Shown: one piece after another, positions 49,365 to 59,632 of the stretch | Layout: each line of letters opens with the position of its first letter | Numbering within the stretch: the first letter of the stretch is position 1 | NCBI GenBank assembly: GCA_965199955.1 | Contig: CBDATQ010000001.1 | Coordinates: 1,184,001 to 1,248,000 of the forward strand | DNA length: 64,000 nucleotides | Direction of reading: 5' to 3' | Source of the DNA: Spirochaetia bacterium | Lineage (GTDB): Bacteria > Spirochaetota > Spirochaetia > SZUA-6 > Bin103 | Notes under the pieces: model-generated | Told to the model about the DNA's origin: nothing | The model's database searches: none | What the model saw: only the letters and a program-made list of their open reading frames with translations | Made by a program: the position numbers and the translations under genes

Positions 49365-49755
49365 TCCAAGCACGCCGAGCGTGGAGGCCAGGATCCTCAA
49401 CGCCACGCGCAAGGCGCCGACCGATGGCGCCACGCACTGGAGCACGCGCCGCCTGGCAGCGAAGCTGGGCGTGTCGCACATGATGGTGGCGCGGGTATGG
49501 AGCAAGCACCGGCTGCAGCCGCACCGGTTGGGGCGCTACATGAGCTCCAACGATCCGGACTTCGAGCAGAAGGCGGCCGTTTGCGAAGATCTCGCGCGAC
49601 GTGATCACCCGCGGAGTGTTCAGTTCGGTGGCGGATCTGAAGAGCAAGCTGATGAGATACATCCGCGAATACAACAAGAATCCGCGGGTCGTGAAGTGGC
49701 ATTACGTTGATCCGTCACGCATATCGGTGCATTAATGCTCGTTACAGTCCATTAG
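49365..49755 (+). mobile_element. IS630-family transposase remnant with large internal deletion; right end probably retained
   Basis: THWSTRRLA..LGVSH..V.RVW....LQPHR...SNDPDFE.K joined to FAKI.RDVI.RGVF.SV.DL...LMRYIR.YN......W.Y; ends GTTACAGTCCATTAG. Confidence 0.8.
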
Positions 49756-49918
49756 CAAGAATGCGAACCCGCGTCAAGGCGGGGCCTGTTCCGCTGAAGG
49801 TGTGGCAGATGCAGATGCGGGCTGTAGCAGTGGCTGCCGGTGGCGATGGCTCCGACGTCTGGTACGCCGCTGCACGGCACATGGGGTATGTTGGTGAGCA
49901 GGAACCATGCAGATTGAC

Positions 49919-51325
49919 ATGAAGGTGAACGCCGCGGACCTGGCGGACGCGGCGCACGAGGTATTCGAGGCCGCCGCCGGCAAGGTGCGGAGCATCTACG
50001 AGACCAGGGACCCGAGCAGCGGCGCCCCGGTCTACACGGTCGCCGGCCGCTACACGCAGCGCGGCTGGACGGAGTGGACCGAGGGCTTCCAGTACGGCTG
50101 CGCCCTGCTGGCGTTCGACGGTGCCGGCGACGACGAGTTGCTGGAGCTGAGCCGGCGGCAGACCTGGGAGCACATGGCGCCGCACCTGAGCCACGTGGGC
50201 GTGCACGACCACGGCTTCAACACCATGAGCACGTACGGGAACCTGCTCCGGTTGGCCCGCGAAGGCCGCTGGCAGGCGAGCGACGGGGACGTCGAGGCGT
50301 GCCGCGTCGCGATCAAGGTCTCCGGCGCCGTGCAGGCGGCGCGCTGGACTACGCTTCCGGACGAGCTTGGCTACGTCTACTCGTTCAACGGGCCGCATTC
50401 GCTGTTCATCGATACCATCCGCTCGATGCGCGTGCTGGCCGCCGCGCACGACCTTGGCCATGTCCTGATGGGCGAGCGCGACCGCCGCATATCGCTGCTC
50501 GGCCGGGCGCTCCGGCACGCGGAGACCACGGCCCGCCATAACGTGTACTACGGCGACGGGCGAGACTCCTACGACATCGCCGGCCGGGTCGCGCATGAGT
50601 CGATCTTCAACACCAACGACGGCAGCTACCGCTGCCCGAGCACCCAGCAGGGATACTCGCCGTTCTCCACCTGGACCCGTGGGCTGGCCTGGGCCGTGCT
50701 CGGCTATCCGGAGCTGCTGGAGATGCTGGAGTGGTGCGATCCGGGCGACGTGGCCGAGCTGGCCGTCCCGTCGATGGAGTCGGTGGCGTCGGCAAGCGCG
50801 CGGCTGCTGCACGTGGCGCGGGCGACCGCCGACTTCCTGATCGACCACTCGGCCAGCGACGGGATCCCGTATTGGGACACCGGCGCGCCCGGTCTGGCCC
50901 AGCTCGGCGACTGGCGCAGCCGGCCGGCCGAGCCCGACAATCCGGCCGAGCCGGTGGACTCGTCGGCGGCGGCAATCGGGGCGCAGGGGTTGCTGCGCCT
51001 GGGCGCCCTGCTGGCCGGCAGCGACGACGAGGCGGCGCGGCGCTACACGCAGGCCGGCCTGACCATGGCCCGCACCCTGTTCGCGGCTCCCTATCTGTCG
51101 GAGGACCCGGGTCACCAGGGCCTGCTGCTGCACGCGGTCTACCACCGCCCCAACGGCTGGGACCACGTGCCGGACGGCAGCGCCGTTCCGAACGGCGAGG
51201 CGTGCATGTGGGGCGACTACCACCTGCTGGAGCTGGCGGTGCTCGTGCAGCGCCTGGGCCGCGGCGGCCGACTCACCTGGCTGTCCCCGCGCGCCGGCGC
51301 CGCCGACCGCGGGACGGCCGCCTGA
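49919..51325 (+). CDS. GH88-like (unsaturated glucuronyl hydrolase-like) glycoside hydrolase
   Basis: WTEGF, HDHGF, FIDT, STWTRGLAW, YWD, DSSAAAI, WGDY..LE; start 49907 or 49919. Confidence 0.82.
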   Translation: MKVNAADLADAAHEVFEAAAGKVRSIYETRDPSSGAPVYTVAGRYTQRGWTEWTEGFQYGCALLAFDGAGDDELLELSRRQTWEHMAPHLSHVGVHDHGFNTMSTYGNLLRLAREGRWQASDGDVEACRVAIKVSGAVQAARWTTLPDELGYVYSFNGPHSLFIDTIRSMRVLAAAHDLGHVLMGERDRRISLLGRALRHAETTARHNVYYGDGRDSYDIAGRVAHESIFNTNDGSYRCPSTQQGYSPFSTWTRGLAWAVLGYPELLEMLEWCDPGDVAELAVPSMESVASASARLLHVARATADFLIDHSASDGIPYWDTGAPGLAQLGDWRSRPAEPDNPAEPVDSSAAAIGAQGLLRLGALLAGSDDEAARRYTQAGLTMARTLFAAPYLSEDPGHQGLLLHAVYHRPNGWDHVPDGSAVPNGEACMWGDYHLLELAVLVQRLGRGGRLTWLSPRAGAADRGTAA

Positions 51326-51343
51326 CGACGGGCGGGAGACGAC

Positions 51344-52141
51344 ATGAGACGGTTGAGTGCGATCGCGACAGGAGTTGTATTGATGTTCGGAGCATCCATG
51401 GCAGGCGCCAGCGGTCTGGGCGAGGAAGGGTCGGGCGCCCTGGTCACGGAACGCCTTGCCCTTTCGGGGTTCACCGGGATCGAGGTTGGCGGTTCCTGGG
51501 AGGTCACCGTGCGGCCCGGTCCATACGACGTGCAGGTCACCGTCGACGACAACGTGGTCGACGATCTGCGGGTCGAAGTACGCGGCGACGCGCTGTACTT
51601 CGGGTTGCGGCCGCAGGTGAGACTGCGGCGCGTGACGCTGCGCGCGCAGGTGACCATGCCGGCGCTCGATGCCGTCGGGGTGAGCGGCAGCGGAGACGCG
51701 ACCTTCTCGGACTTCGAGAGTCCGGCGCTGCGGCTCAGGGTGACGGGCTCCGGCGACGTGGAGGGCTCGGGGATCTCCGTGGGCGTCCTCGATGCCGGGA
51801 TCTCGGGCTCCGGCGACATCACGCTGGAGGGCTGCGCAAGCGAATCCGCCGGGGTGTCGATCACCGGCTCCGGCGACGTGACGCTGCGCGGAGCGTCCGA
51901 TGAGCAGCCAACCGGCTCCGTGACGCTGCAGATCAGCGGCTCCGGCAGCGCCGACCTCGACGGATGTGCGTTCGCCTCTGCAAACGTCCGAATCACCGGC
52001 TCCGGATCGGGGACGCTGACGCTGGGCAGCGGCGACCTCGCTGGCAGCATCTCCGGCTCCGGCGAGGTGCGCTACCGCGGCTCTCCCGCGCGGGTGGACG
52101 TGCGCACCACGGGCTCCGGCCGCATGATCAAGGACGGCTGA
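51344..52141 (+). CDS. Secreted head-GIN (DUF2807) adhesin-like protein
   Basis: Signal peptide; FTGIEVGG; repeated [IV][ST]GSG[DS] units; C-terminal Y.GSP....TGSG. Confidence 0.82.
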   Translation: MRRLSAIATGVVLMFGASMAGASGLGEEGSGALVTERLALSGFTGIEVGGSWEVTVRPGPYDVQVTVDDNVVDDLRVEVRGDALYFGLRPQVRLRRVTLRAQVTMPALDAVGVSGSGDATFSDFESPALRLRVTGSGDVEGSGISVGVLDAGISGSGDITLEGCASESAGVSITGSGDVTLRGASDEQPTGSVTLQISGSGSADLDGCAFASANVRITGSGSGTLTLGSGDLAGSISGSGEVRYRGSPARVDVRTTGSGRMIKDG

Positions 52142-52293
52142 GCGGCCAGCTCACCCTCCGACCGGCGCCGTGAATCTCATTGACACGTTCGGAGGGCGCG
52201 TGTGACAGTCCCGGCCAATCCCACAACCTGATTGCTACCGCGGGTAAGCATGGTTTGGCATGCTCGCCGGTAACGACCGATCGGAGGTTCTTC

Positions 52294-53610
52294 TTGAAAA
52301 GGAAACTGTTGCTCTCGTTGATGTTCGTGGTGTTCGGGTCGATGCTGTTCGCCGCCGGCACGGAGGAAGGCGCGGCCGGCGACGTCACGCTGACCTACCT
52401 GACGTGGCTGACGCAGGGCGAGGAAGACGAGCTGTTGAACCGGTTCATGGAGGAAAATCCCGGGATCACGATCGAGGTGGAGGCGATTGACGGAGCCAAG
52501 TACGGCGAGATCCTCAGGTTGCGAATGACCGCGGGCGACCTGCCGGACGTGATCACGGCCAAGCAGAACTTCGTCGAGATGCTGCTCAAGGAAGACTGGG
52601 CGCTGGACATCACGGATGAGCCCGCGACCGCCCTGCTCGAACGTGCTCCCGCCGTCCGCGACGCCCTCACCTACCAAGGAAAAGTGTACTCCGTGCCGCA
52701 CGAGGCTTCCCTGGGCTACAGCCACATGTACTACAACAAGGTGATCTTCCGGGAGCTGGGGCTGCCGGTGCCGTTCGCTCCGGCATCGATCGACGAGCTG
52801 GAGTCCGCGCTGGAGACGATCGCGGCGGCGGGCATCGAGCCGGTGCTGTTCGGAGCGAAGGATCACTGGGTGACCGGGTTCTTCGCGCTGCGCTATTTCG
52901 AGTCCGCCATGTATGGCGCGCTCGCGGAGATGAACGGGGGTACCCCCATCGAACCGAACGAGGCCTATTACAGCGGCGTAGCCAAGCCGTCCGACGCCCT
53001 GCGCACCGCCTTCGAGACGCTCAAACGCTGGCAGGACAGCGGCTGGATTTCGAGAAACAGCCTGTCCATGACGTGGCCGGAGTCATTCGCTCACTTCGCG
53101 GCCGGCAACGCCGCCGTATTTCCGCAAGGGTTCTGGGTTCCGGGCATGGACCAGACGCTGCAGGCGGACGCCGAAGTGTTCGAGATCGGCGCCTTCTACA
53201 TGCCCCAGGACAGCGTGGACGGCAACTACTACGCCACAGGCATCACGGACAAGATGCTGATGGTGAACGCCAGGTCCGACAACCTGGACGCGGCCAAGGT
53301 GCTGCTGAACTGGCTCGGCTCGGAAGAGAACCTCGCTTCCTACCTCAATTCGCGCAAGGCCGGAGGCTTCATTCTGCCGGTCGAAGGCATCGAGCCGCAG
53401 CCGGTCTTCGCGGAGTGGAACGAATACCTCACGTCGCTCGAACCGATCACGCTGCTGACCGTGTTTCCGTTCGTGCCCGGCGACGAGCACACCAACTATG
53501 GACAGTTCAGCCAGTCGGTGCTGGCCGGAGCGACGGTCGACGAAGCTCTCGGCGATCTCGATGCGTTCTACGCCGAGCACAGAGGCCAGATCTCGGTACC
53601 AGAACGCTAG
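52294..53610 (+). CDS. Carbohydrate ABC transporter substrate-binding protein
   Basis: GGAGG RBS plus TTG; signal ...MLFAAGTEE; F.EENPGI, AGDLPDV, YYNK.IF.ELG, F.AG.AA...QG.W. Confidence 0.85.
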   Translation: MKRKLLLSLMFVVFGSMLFAAGTEEGAAGDVTLTYLTWLTQGEEDELLNRFMEENPGITIEVEAIDGAKYGEILRLRMTAGDLPDVITAKQNFVEMLLKEDWALDITDEPATALLERAPAVRDALTYQGKVYSVPHEASLGYSHMYYNKVIFRELGLPVPFAPASIDELESALETIAAAGIEPVLFGAKDHWVTGFFALRYFESAMYGALAEMNGGTPIEPNEAYYSGVAKPSDALRTAFETLKRWQDSGWISRNSLSMTWPESFAHFAAGNAAVFPQGFWVPGMDQTLQADAEVFEIGAFYMPQDSVDGNYYATGITDKMLMVNARSDNLDAAKVLLNWLGSEENLASYLNSRKAGGFILPVEGIEPQPVFAEWNEYLTSLEPITLLTVFPFVPGDEHTNYGQFSQSVLAGATVDEALGDLDAFYAEHRGQISVPER

Positions 53611-53624
53611 TCCGGCGTTCGGGC

Positions 53625-53650
53625 GGGGGAGACCGGCGACGGTCTCCCCC
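53625..53650 (+). terminator. Intercistronic hairpin (11-bp stem, GCGA tetraloop)
   Basis: GGGGGAGACCG-GCGA-CGGTCTCCCCC between the binding-protein and permease genes; no U-tract, so more likely an mRNA-stabilising element than a true terminator. Confidence 0.6.
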
Positions 53651-53690
53651 AACGGCCGTCCCACAGCGCGGTGACCGGAACCAGACTGTC

Positions 53691-54593
53691 ATGAAACAGA
53701 CCCCCGGGCTGCGGGGCAAGCTGGAGCGACGCGACTTCAGAGCGGCCCTGCTCTCGATCGCCATCCCGTTCGTCCTGTTCTTCGCGTTCGTCTACTTTCC
53801 GCAGTTGATGAACGTCTTCCTCAGCTTCACGGACTGGAACGGCTACAGCAGCAGCTTCAGCTTCGTGGGGCTGGCGAACTACGCGAAGTTCTTCACCTAT
53901 GAGCCGATGACGTCCGCGATCGTGAACTCCTTCGTGTTCACCCTGAGCGTCACCGTCCTCGGTCTGGTCACGCAGCTCGGGATGGCCCTGGTCCTGTACC
54001 GGGGGATCCGCGGTGTCGGCTTCTTCAAGACGGTCTTCTACCTGCCCCTGCTGTTCAGTTGGGTGATCCAGTCGGTGATCTGGAACAGCATCCTGCGCTT
54101 CAACGGGCTGCTGAACACGCTGCTGGAGTCGATCGGTCTGGAGGTGCTGATACGCGACTGGCTCGGCGAGATCGGCACCTCGATGGCAGCCGTGATCTTC
54201 GTGAATACGTGGGCCGGCTTCGGCTACGGCCTGATCATCTTCCTTGCCGGGCTCCTGTCCATCCCGCGGGAGCTCGAGGAGGCGGCGCAGATCGACGGAG
54301 CTTCCGGCTTCCGCGGATTCAGGCACGTCACGCTGCCGTTGATCATGTACTCGGTGACCATCGACCTGTTTCTCGGGATCCGCACGCTGAGCACGTTCGA
54401 TCTGATCTTCATCATGACCAGAGGGGGGCCGCGCGGTTCGACCAGGACGGTGGCGCTGGCGATCTACGAGGAGGCGTTCCGCTTCGACCGGGTGGGATTC
54501 GCCGCCGCATCCGCGGTGCTCCTCACCTGCATCATAGGAGTCCTGGCGTTCCTTCAAGTCCGGACGACGCGGCGTCTGGAGGTTCAGCATTAG
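53691..54593 (+). CDS. Carbohydrate ABC transporter permease
   Basis: SFTDWNG..FVGL.NY; IP.EL.EAAQIDGA (EAA motif); MT.GGP..ST. Confidence 0.9.
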   Translation: MKQTPGLRGKLERRDFRAALLSIAIPFVLFFAFVYFPQLMNVFLSFTDWNGYSSSFSFVGLANYAKFFTYEPMTSAIVNSFVFTLSVTVLGLVTQLGMALVLYRGIRGVGFFKTVFYLPLLFSWVIQSVIWNSILRFNGLLNTLLESIGLEVLIRDWLGEIGTSMAAVIFVNTWAGFGYGLIIFLAGLLSIPRELEEAAQIDGASGFRGFRHVTLPLIMYSVTIDLFLGIRTLSTFDLIFIMTRGGPRGSTRTVALAIYEEAFRFDRVGFAAASAVLLTCIIGVLAFLQVRTTRRLEVQH

Positions 54594-54612
54594 CGCTTCA
54601 AGAGCCGCGGCG

Positions 54613-55458
54613 TTGCCCAACCGAACAGGCGATGCGCTCGGGGTGGCGATCTTCAGGTATGCGCTCGCCGTGGGTGCGCTGATGGTGATCGGCATCCCGA
54701 TCCTCTATGGGTTCCTGGGGGCGTTCAAGCAGAACAGCGAGGTCCTCCTCTCCAGGTTCCTGCCCGAGTCCGTGTACTTCGGCAACCTGATGCGCGTGCT
54801 CGGCGATCAGAGGGTGCTGCGAGCGATCGTCAACTCGTTCTACATCTGCCTGTTTTCGCTGATCGTAGGATGCGTGCTGTGCCTGTTGGCGTCGGTACCG
54901 ATCGCCCGGCGCACGGAGCGGATCTTCGGCGTGCTCTACGCGATCTTCCTGAGCTCGATGATCGTCCCCGCGATCGCCAGCTTCGTGACGCTGTACGTCA
55001 TGATGGCCAGGCTGCGGCTGGTGAACAACACGTCCGCGGTCTCGCTGCTGTACGCCGCCCAGTTCATGCTGCCGATCGGCGTGCTGATTTTCACCAGCTT
55101 CCTGAGGACGGTTCCCCTGGAGCTCGAGGAAGCGGCGAAGATGGAGGGGTGCGGCTACTTCGAGCGCATCTTCCACGTGAGCGCGCCCCTGATCAGGGCG
55201 CCGGTGCTGTCGCTCGCCGTCCTGCAGCTCCCGGCAGTGTGGAACGAGTTCCTGATACCGCTCCTGTTCCTGCGCAAGCAGGAGACGAAGCCGCTGACGC
55301 TGCTCATCTACAACTTCACAAACGAACACGAGAGCGACTTCGGCGCGATCTTCGCGCTGATCGTCGTCGGCATGATCGTGCCGCTGGCGCTCTTTCTGGT
55401 CGCGCGGAAAAAGATCGAGGAGAGCGTCGGGGCTACGGCCGGTGGCGTGAAGGGCTGA
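54613..55458 (+). CDS. Carbohydrate ABC transporter permease
   Basis: VP.ELEEAAKMEG (EAA motif); WNEFL.P; C-terminal GGVKG. Confidence 0.88.
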   Translation: MPNRTGDALGVAIFRYALAVGALMVIGIPILYGFLGAFKQNSEVLLSRFLPESVYFGNLMRVLGDQRVLRAIVNSFYICLFSLIVGCVLCLLASVPIARRTERIFGVLYAIFLSSMIVPAIASFVTLYVMMARLRLVNNTSAVSLLYAAQFMLPIGVLIFTSFLRTVPLELEEAAKMEGCGYFERIFHVSAPLIRAPVLSLAVLQLPAVWNEFLIPLLFLRKQETKPLTLLIYNFTNEHESDFGAIFALIVVGMIVPLALFLVARKKIEESVGATAGGVKG

Positions 55459-55471
55459 GGCGAGGGCGGCC

Positions 55472-56179
55472 CTACTCGCGTTTCGCCACCATCTCGTGCA
55501 TTGCGACGACCGCACGCTTGGCGATGGAGAGCGCGCGATCGGCGTCGTCCCTGGTCGGAGTGCCCAGAGGCAGGAGACCCGACTCCGCCGGGTATCTGCC
55601 TCGGTAGATCTCGTCCATGAAGTCGACATCGGCAGGATGTAGTGGCGCAGGCAACCGATAGTCCTCGGTTATCGCCAGCAGCCGATGGATGCTGTGGATC
55701 TTTTCGAGATCCCAGCCACGGTCCAGGAGCATGGTCTTGATCGATTTCTCCACAGACTGCTGGGCGTGATAGCACGCGCCGCGGAAGAAACCGCCGGACA
55801 GGAGATGCTCGGCGGCATTGAGGTCCTCCTCCGCCTGCTGGATCCACGCCCTGATGCCCTCTCTCATGTAGATACAGATTCCCTCGCTGACGATCTTGCG
55901 CAGGAACACGCTTCCGCGCCGAAACTCCTCGGCGAACCGGGAGCGGGTAAGCACGTAGTCGTCGATGTCGAACATGCGCTTGAAAGAGCGCAGCGCAGTC
56001 GTCAACTCGCCAGCGCTGTCGTTGCCCGGCGGGCCGTCACGGTCCTCGGTCACGACCAGCAGGTCGAGGTCATTGCCTGACGCTGCCTGCGCGACTGAGC
56101 CGAACAGGATGATCTCGACCGGATCGACCGCCTCGACGACCGCGTCACGCACCAATGACGCGGTCTTACGTGTCACCAC
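55472..56179 (-). CDS. Fused minimal nucleotidyltransferase (MNT) - HEPN domain protein
   Basis: IILFGSVA....NDLDLLVV (MNT), then W..QAEEDL..A, CYHAQQSVEKSIK, KIHSI..L, RYP (HEPN), in one frame. Confidence 0.82.
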   Translation of the reverse strand: MVTRKTASLVRDAVVEAVDPVEIILFGSVAQAASGNDLDLLVVTEDRDGPPGNDSAGELTTALRSFKRMFDIDDYVLTRSRFAEEFRRGSVFLRKIVSEGICIYMREGIRAWIQQAEEDLNAAEHLLSGGFFRGACYHAQQSVEKSIKTMLLDRGWDLEKIHSIHRLLAITEDYRLPAPLHPADVDFMDEIYRGRYPAESGLLPLGTPTRDDADRALSIAKRAVVAMHEMVAKRE

Positions 56180-56269
56180 GGAAGCAACGATACCACGCGG
56201 CCGCTACGCTCGGGCTGCAGCGGTGCGGGAGCTGCGCCGACCGCTCCGCAGGGCTCGGGGATCGACGCG

Positions 56270-56598
56270 GACGTTGAAGGATCGGCGGCCAGAAGCCCCA
56301 GACCAGGCTGAAGAAGGCGAGCAGGAACGTTTCCTGACCAGCCCGAAGAAGAACGGATCGCGGAAGAACTTGAGAAACCACTTCAGCCCGCCCCAGTCGC
56401 TGCCCCACACGCCGTCCAGCAGAAGTTCTGGAAGGCGAGGACCATGTTGTAGGCCGGCAGATAGCGGAACAGGACGATGCCGGCGACCGCCGGCAGCACC
56501 ATGAGGTAGAGCAGCGGGCGGCGGCGGACGTCGCTGATCAGCGGATGGCGTTTCTTCCAGGTGCCGGTGAGCTGCGCGTCGTGTTCGACCGAGCCCAT
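56270..56598 (-). pseudogene. N-terminal fragment of a sugar ABC permease (LplB-like), frameshifted
   Basis: LYLMVLP....VLFRYLP.Y..VLAFQNF, then in another frame W.GLKWF.KFF.DP.F..LV; then breaks down. Confidence 0.65.
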
Positions 56599-56608
56599 CG
56601 GCGGACCG

Positions 56609-59600
56609 CTATCCCGCGGCGGGACCGGGGCGGCTGCCGGCGCCGGGATGCAGGATGTCGCGGACTTCCAGCGGCTGCCCCAGCTCCTGGTTGGCCTGCT
56701 CAAGCTTCTGGCGGCTGGAGACCACGCAGACCGAGGCGTGCCCGGACGGCGCCAGCAGGTCGCCGAGCGCGTCCCTCACGGCCCGCGGGGTGACGCGGCG
56801 CAGCGACTCGTAACGTCGCTGCCGCAGCTCGTCCGTGGTGCCGCTCAGGTGGCGCTGCAGCGCCGCTCCGGTCGCCTGTCCGGGCCGGACCGCCCGGAAG
56901 TCGCCCTTGGCGGTGGCGATGATGGCGCGGTCGATGTCGAGCTGGCTCCAGTCGGAATCGGCGACGTAGCGGTCCGTGGCGTCGAACACGCCAAGGGTGC
57001 GCGCCACGTGCGGGTCGTGGTACGAGCCGAAGGAGGCCCGCGCGGATCGCGAATCGTAGGAGAAGCTCGCGCCGTAGGCGTTGCCCTTGAAGCGCACCTC
57101 CGGCAGCAGGTAGTCCATGCGGATCAGGTGGGCCCCCACCCGCAGCGGCGCCTCGGCCGGGTCGGAGGCGTGCGGCGCCGGGATCACCTTGGCGCAGTGG
57201 GCCACCTGGATCGGCCCGGCCAGACCGGCGTGCGCAGGCGGCAGTGGAGCGAAGCCGGTCGGCGCGGCGACGACCGGGGCGGCCGGCATCGACGCGATCC
57301 ATGAGGCCAAGGCCGTGGAGGCGAGGTCGAAGGCGGCGTCGCCGCCGGTGAAGCTCACCGCCAGGCGGTCGCGGTTCAGCAGGAAGTCGCGGATCGACTC
57401 GATCCGCCCGATCAGCGCGTCGGCGTGTTCGCCGAACGCGCCTGCGACCTCTTCACACTGGTCGAGTTGCGGGAGCCCGCCCATCAGGTCATGCAGGTAG
57501 CCGTCCTCGCTCATGCCGCGTGCCGCGTAGGTCTGGGCGGTGCCCAGGCCCTGATGCACCAGTTGGGTGCGGAAGCGGGAGCGCGTCTGCACCATGACCT
57601 CGCGCAGCCGCTCGCGGTCCCCGGGATCGACCTCGAACAGCAGGTCGCGCAGCAGCTCCAGCGCCGCCGCCATCTGGTCGTCCAGCGCCTTGAGGCGAAC
57701 GGTCAGCCGCCAGACCCGTCGCTCCGGCTCCTCGGCATGCCAGCCGATGCCGGTCGAGGCGGCGATGCCGCCGGTGGTGGCCGCCGATCGCCGAGCGATC
57801 GCCGCGTAGTCCTGTCCCGCGGCGCCGAGCTTGCGCAGCGCCGACGTGTAGCGCGGCACGAAGGGCCAGAGCTCCGCGGGCAGTCCGATCAGGTCGAACG
57901 ACAGCGCCAGGTAGTTGACGCCGTTGGCGTACACGTCGTTGCGCAGGACATCGACCCCGCCGACGTCGTGCACGGCGGTGTCGATGCGAGTGATCTCGCC
58001 CGGCAGATCGCCCACCGCAAGCTGCGGCAGCCGCGCCAGCGCCTCCGGGCTGTTGGGCTGGCTGTTGCTGCGCTGCAGCGCGGCCGCCTGCTCGGCGATC
58101 CGTTCGGTATCCCCGTCGGAGAGACGTGAGCGCAGCGTGCGCATCCGTTCCGTGAAGGCAGTGTCCGTGCGTTCCTGCAGCTCCGGATCGGGACGCAGGC
58201 GGATGCGGAGGCGGTGCGGATTGGCGAGCAGCCGTTCGCGGATCATCCGCTCGAAGAGCTTTGGATCGTCGCGGTAGCGCTGCCGGAACGCCTCCAGGTG
58301 CTCGCCCAGCCGCAGGAACGTCAGGGGGTCCATGCCGTAGATCCACGCGTCCAGGACCCGGTCCAGCATGTGCAGCGGGTACATGGGCTGGATCTCCTGG
58401 TAGTGGTAGGTGGCCTGCTGCAGGGCGGTGTCGACCTGCTCGGCGGTCACCCCGTTCTCGGCGATGTCGCCCAAGGTGGATACGACCAGGTCCGTGAACT
58501 GCTCGGTGCGGTCGGCTTCGCTGTCCTTGATGCCCACGGCGAAGGCGATCTCACGCCCCAGCGGAAACGCCCCCGAGGAGACCAGGTCGGCACCGATGCC
58601 GCTGTCGATGATCGCCTTGCGCAGCGGCGCCGCCTCGTGGCCGAGCAGGATCGTGTCGAGCAGGTACCACTCGATCCCGGCATCGACGTCGGTGGCATCG
58701 GCGGTGAGCCAGCCCAGAAACAGGTAGGTCTTGCCGTCCGTTGCCTCGCCGGGGCCGACCGGATAGGTGTCGTCGAAGTGGCGCGGCTCCGACCAGCGCG
58801 GCTGCAGGCCCAGGTCGATCGCGGGCGTGGCGCTGGTCAGGCCGGAGAGCCGTGGGCTGAGGAAGTCCAGGTAGTCCCGCGTCGGGATGTCGCCGTACAG
58901 GAAGAAATAGGCGTTGCCGGGCTGATAGTGGTCGGCGTGGTAGCGGCGAAAGGCATCGTAGGTGAGGTCCGGGATCGCTTCCGGCTCGCCGCCGGAGGAG
59001 CGGCCGTAGATGGTGTCCGGCAGCAGCTTGCGCATGGCGCCGCGGTACAGCCGAGCCAGCGGGCTGGAGTAGGCGCCCTTCATCTCGTTGTAGACGATGC
59101 CAGTCACCACCAGCGCCCCGGTCGGGTCGTCCGGATCGGCGGGGGCCAGGTGGTGGCCTTCCCGCTTGAAGGAGTCCTCGGTGAGCAGGGGATGGAACAC
59201 CGCGTCGAAGTACACCTCGGCCAGGTTGAACAGGTCCTTGCGGGTGTTGCTGGCCACCGGGTAATAGGTGCAGTCCGGCGCCGTCATGGCGTTGATGAAG
59301 GTGGCCATGCTCATCTTCAGCATCTCGAAGAACGGCTCGCGCACCGGGAAGCGCCGGGAGCCGGCCAGCACCACGTGCTCGAGGATGTGCGTCAGCCCGG
59401 TGTCGTCCGGCGGCGGCGTGGGGAAGTTGATCGAGAACAGGTTCTCCGGGTCGTCGCAGTGGACGTGCAGGATGCGGGCGCCGCTGGTCCGGTGGTCGAT
59501 TCGATAGGCGCGGCCCCGCACCTCCGGCACGGGATCGACGGAGCGCACGGTGAAGCCGTCGATCGCCTCGCCGGCGGCGTGCAGGGCTGGGGGAATGGCA

Positions 59601-59632
59601 GGCATAACGGGCGCAATCATACCCGACGCCAT
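56609..59632 (-). CDS. M16C insulinase-family metallopeptidase (presequence protease PreP-like)
   Basis: HILEH..L.GS, TFINAMT, VYFDAVF.P, GIVYNEMKG, SGG.P, VR.KG.AYG, SY.DP; start 59632 or 59620. Confidence 0.9.
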   Translation of the reverse strand: MASGMIAPVMPAIPPALHAAGEAIDGFTVRSVDPVPEVRGRAYRIDHRTSGARILHVHCDDPENLFSINFPTPPPDDTGLTHILEHVVLAGSRRFPVREPFFEMLKMSMATFINAMTAPDCTYYPVASNTRKDLFNLAEVYFDAVFHPLLTEDSFKREGHHLAPADPDDPTGALVVTGIVYNEMKGAYSSPLARLYRGAMRKLLPDTIYGRSSGGEPEAIPDLTYDAFRRYHADHYQPGNAYFFLYGDIPTRDYLDFLSPRLSGLTSATPAIDLGLQPRWSEPRHFDDTYPVGPGEATDGKTYLFLGWLTADATDVDAGIEWYLLDTILLGHEAAPLRKAIIDSGIGADLVSSGAFPLGREIAFAVGIKDSEADRTEQFTDLVVSTLGDIAENGVTAEQVDTALQQATYHYQEIQPMYPLHMLDRVLDAWIYGMDPLTFLRLGEHLEAFRQRYRDDPKLFERMIRERLLANPHRLRIRLRPDPELQERTDTAFTERMRTLRSRLSDGDTERIAEQAAALQRSNSQPNSPEALARLPQLAVGDLPGEITRIDTAVHDVGGVDVLRNDVYANGVNYLALSFDLIGLPAELWPFVPRYTSALRKLGAAGQDYAAIARRSAATTGGIAASTGIGWHAEEPERRVWRLTVRLKALDDQMAAALELLRDLLFEVDPGDRERLREVMVQTRSRFRTQLVHQGLGTAQTYAARGMSEDGYLHDLMGGLPQLDQCEEVAGAFGEHADALIGRIESIRDFLLNRDRLAVSFTGGDAAFDLASTALASWIASMPAAPVVAAPTGFAPLPPAHAGLAGPIQVAHCAKVIPAPHASDPAEAPLRVGAHLIRMDYLLPEVRFKGNAYGASFSYDSRSARASFGSYHDPHVARTLGVFDATDRYVADSDWSQLDIDRAIIATAKGDFRAVRPGQATGAALQRHLSGTTDELRQRRYESLRRVTPRAVRDALGDLLAPSGHASVCVVSSRQKLEQANQELGQPLEVRDILHPGAGSRPGPAAG

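Noticed and set aside
51660..52125. Repeated GGCTCCGGC motifs as a DNA repeat element
   Set aside because: Explained by the GSG repeats of the GIN-domain protein.
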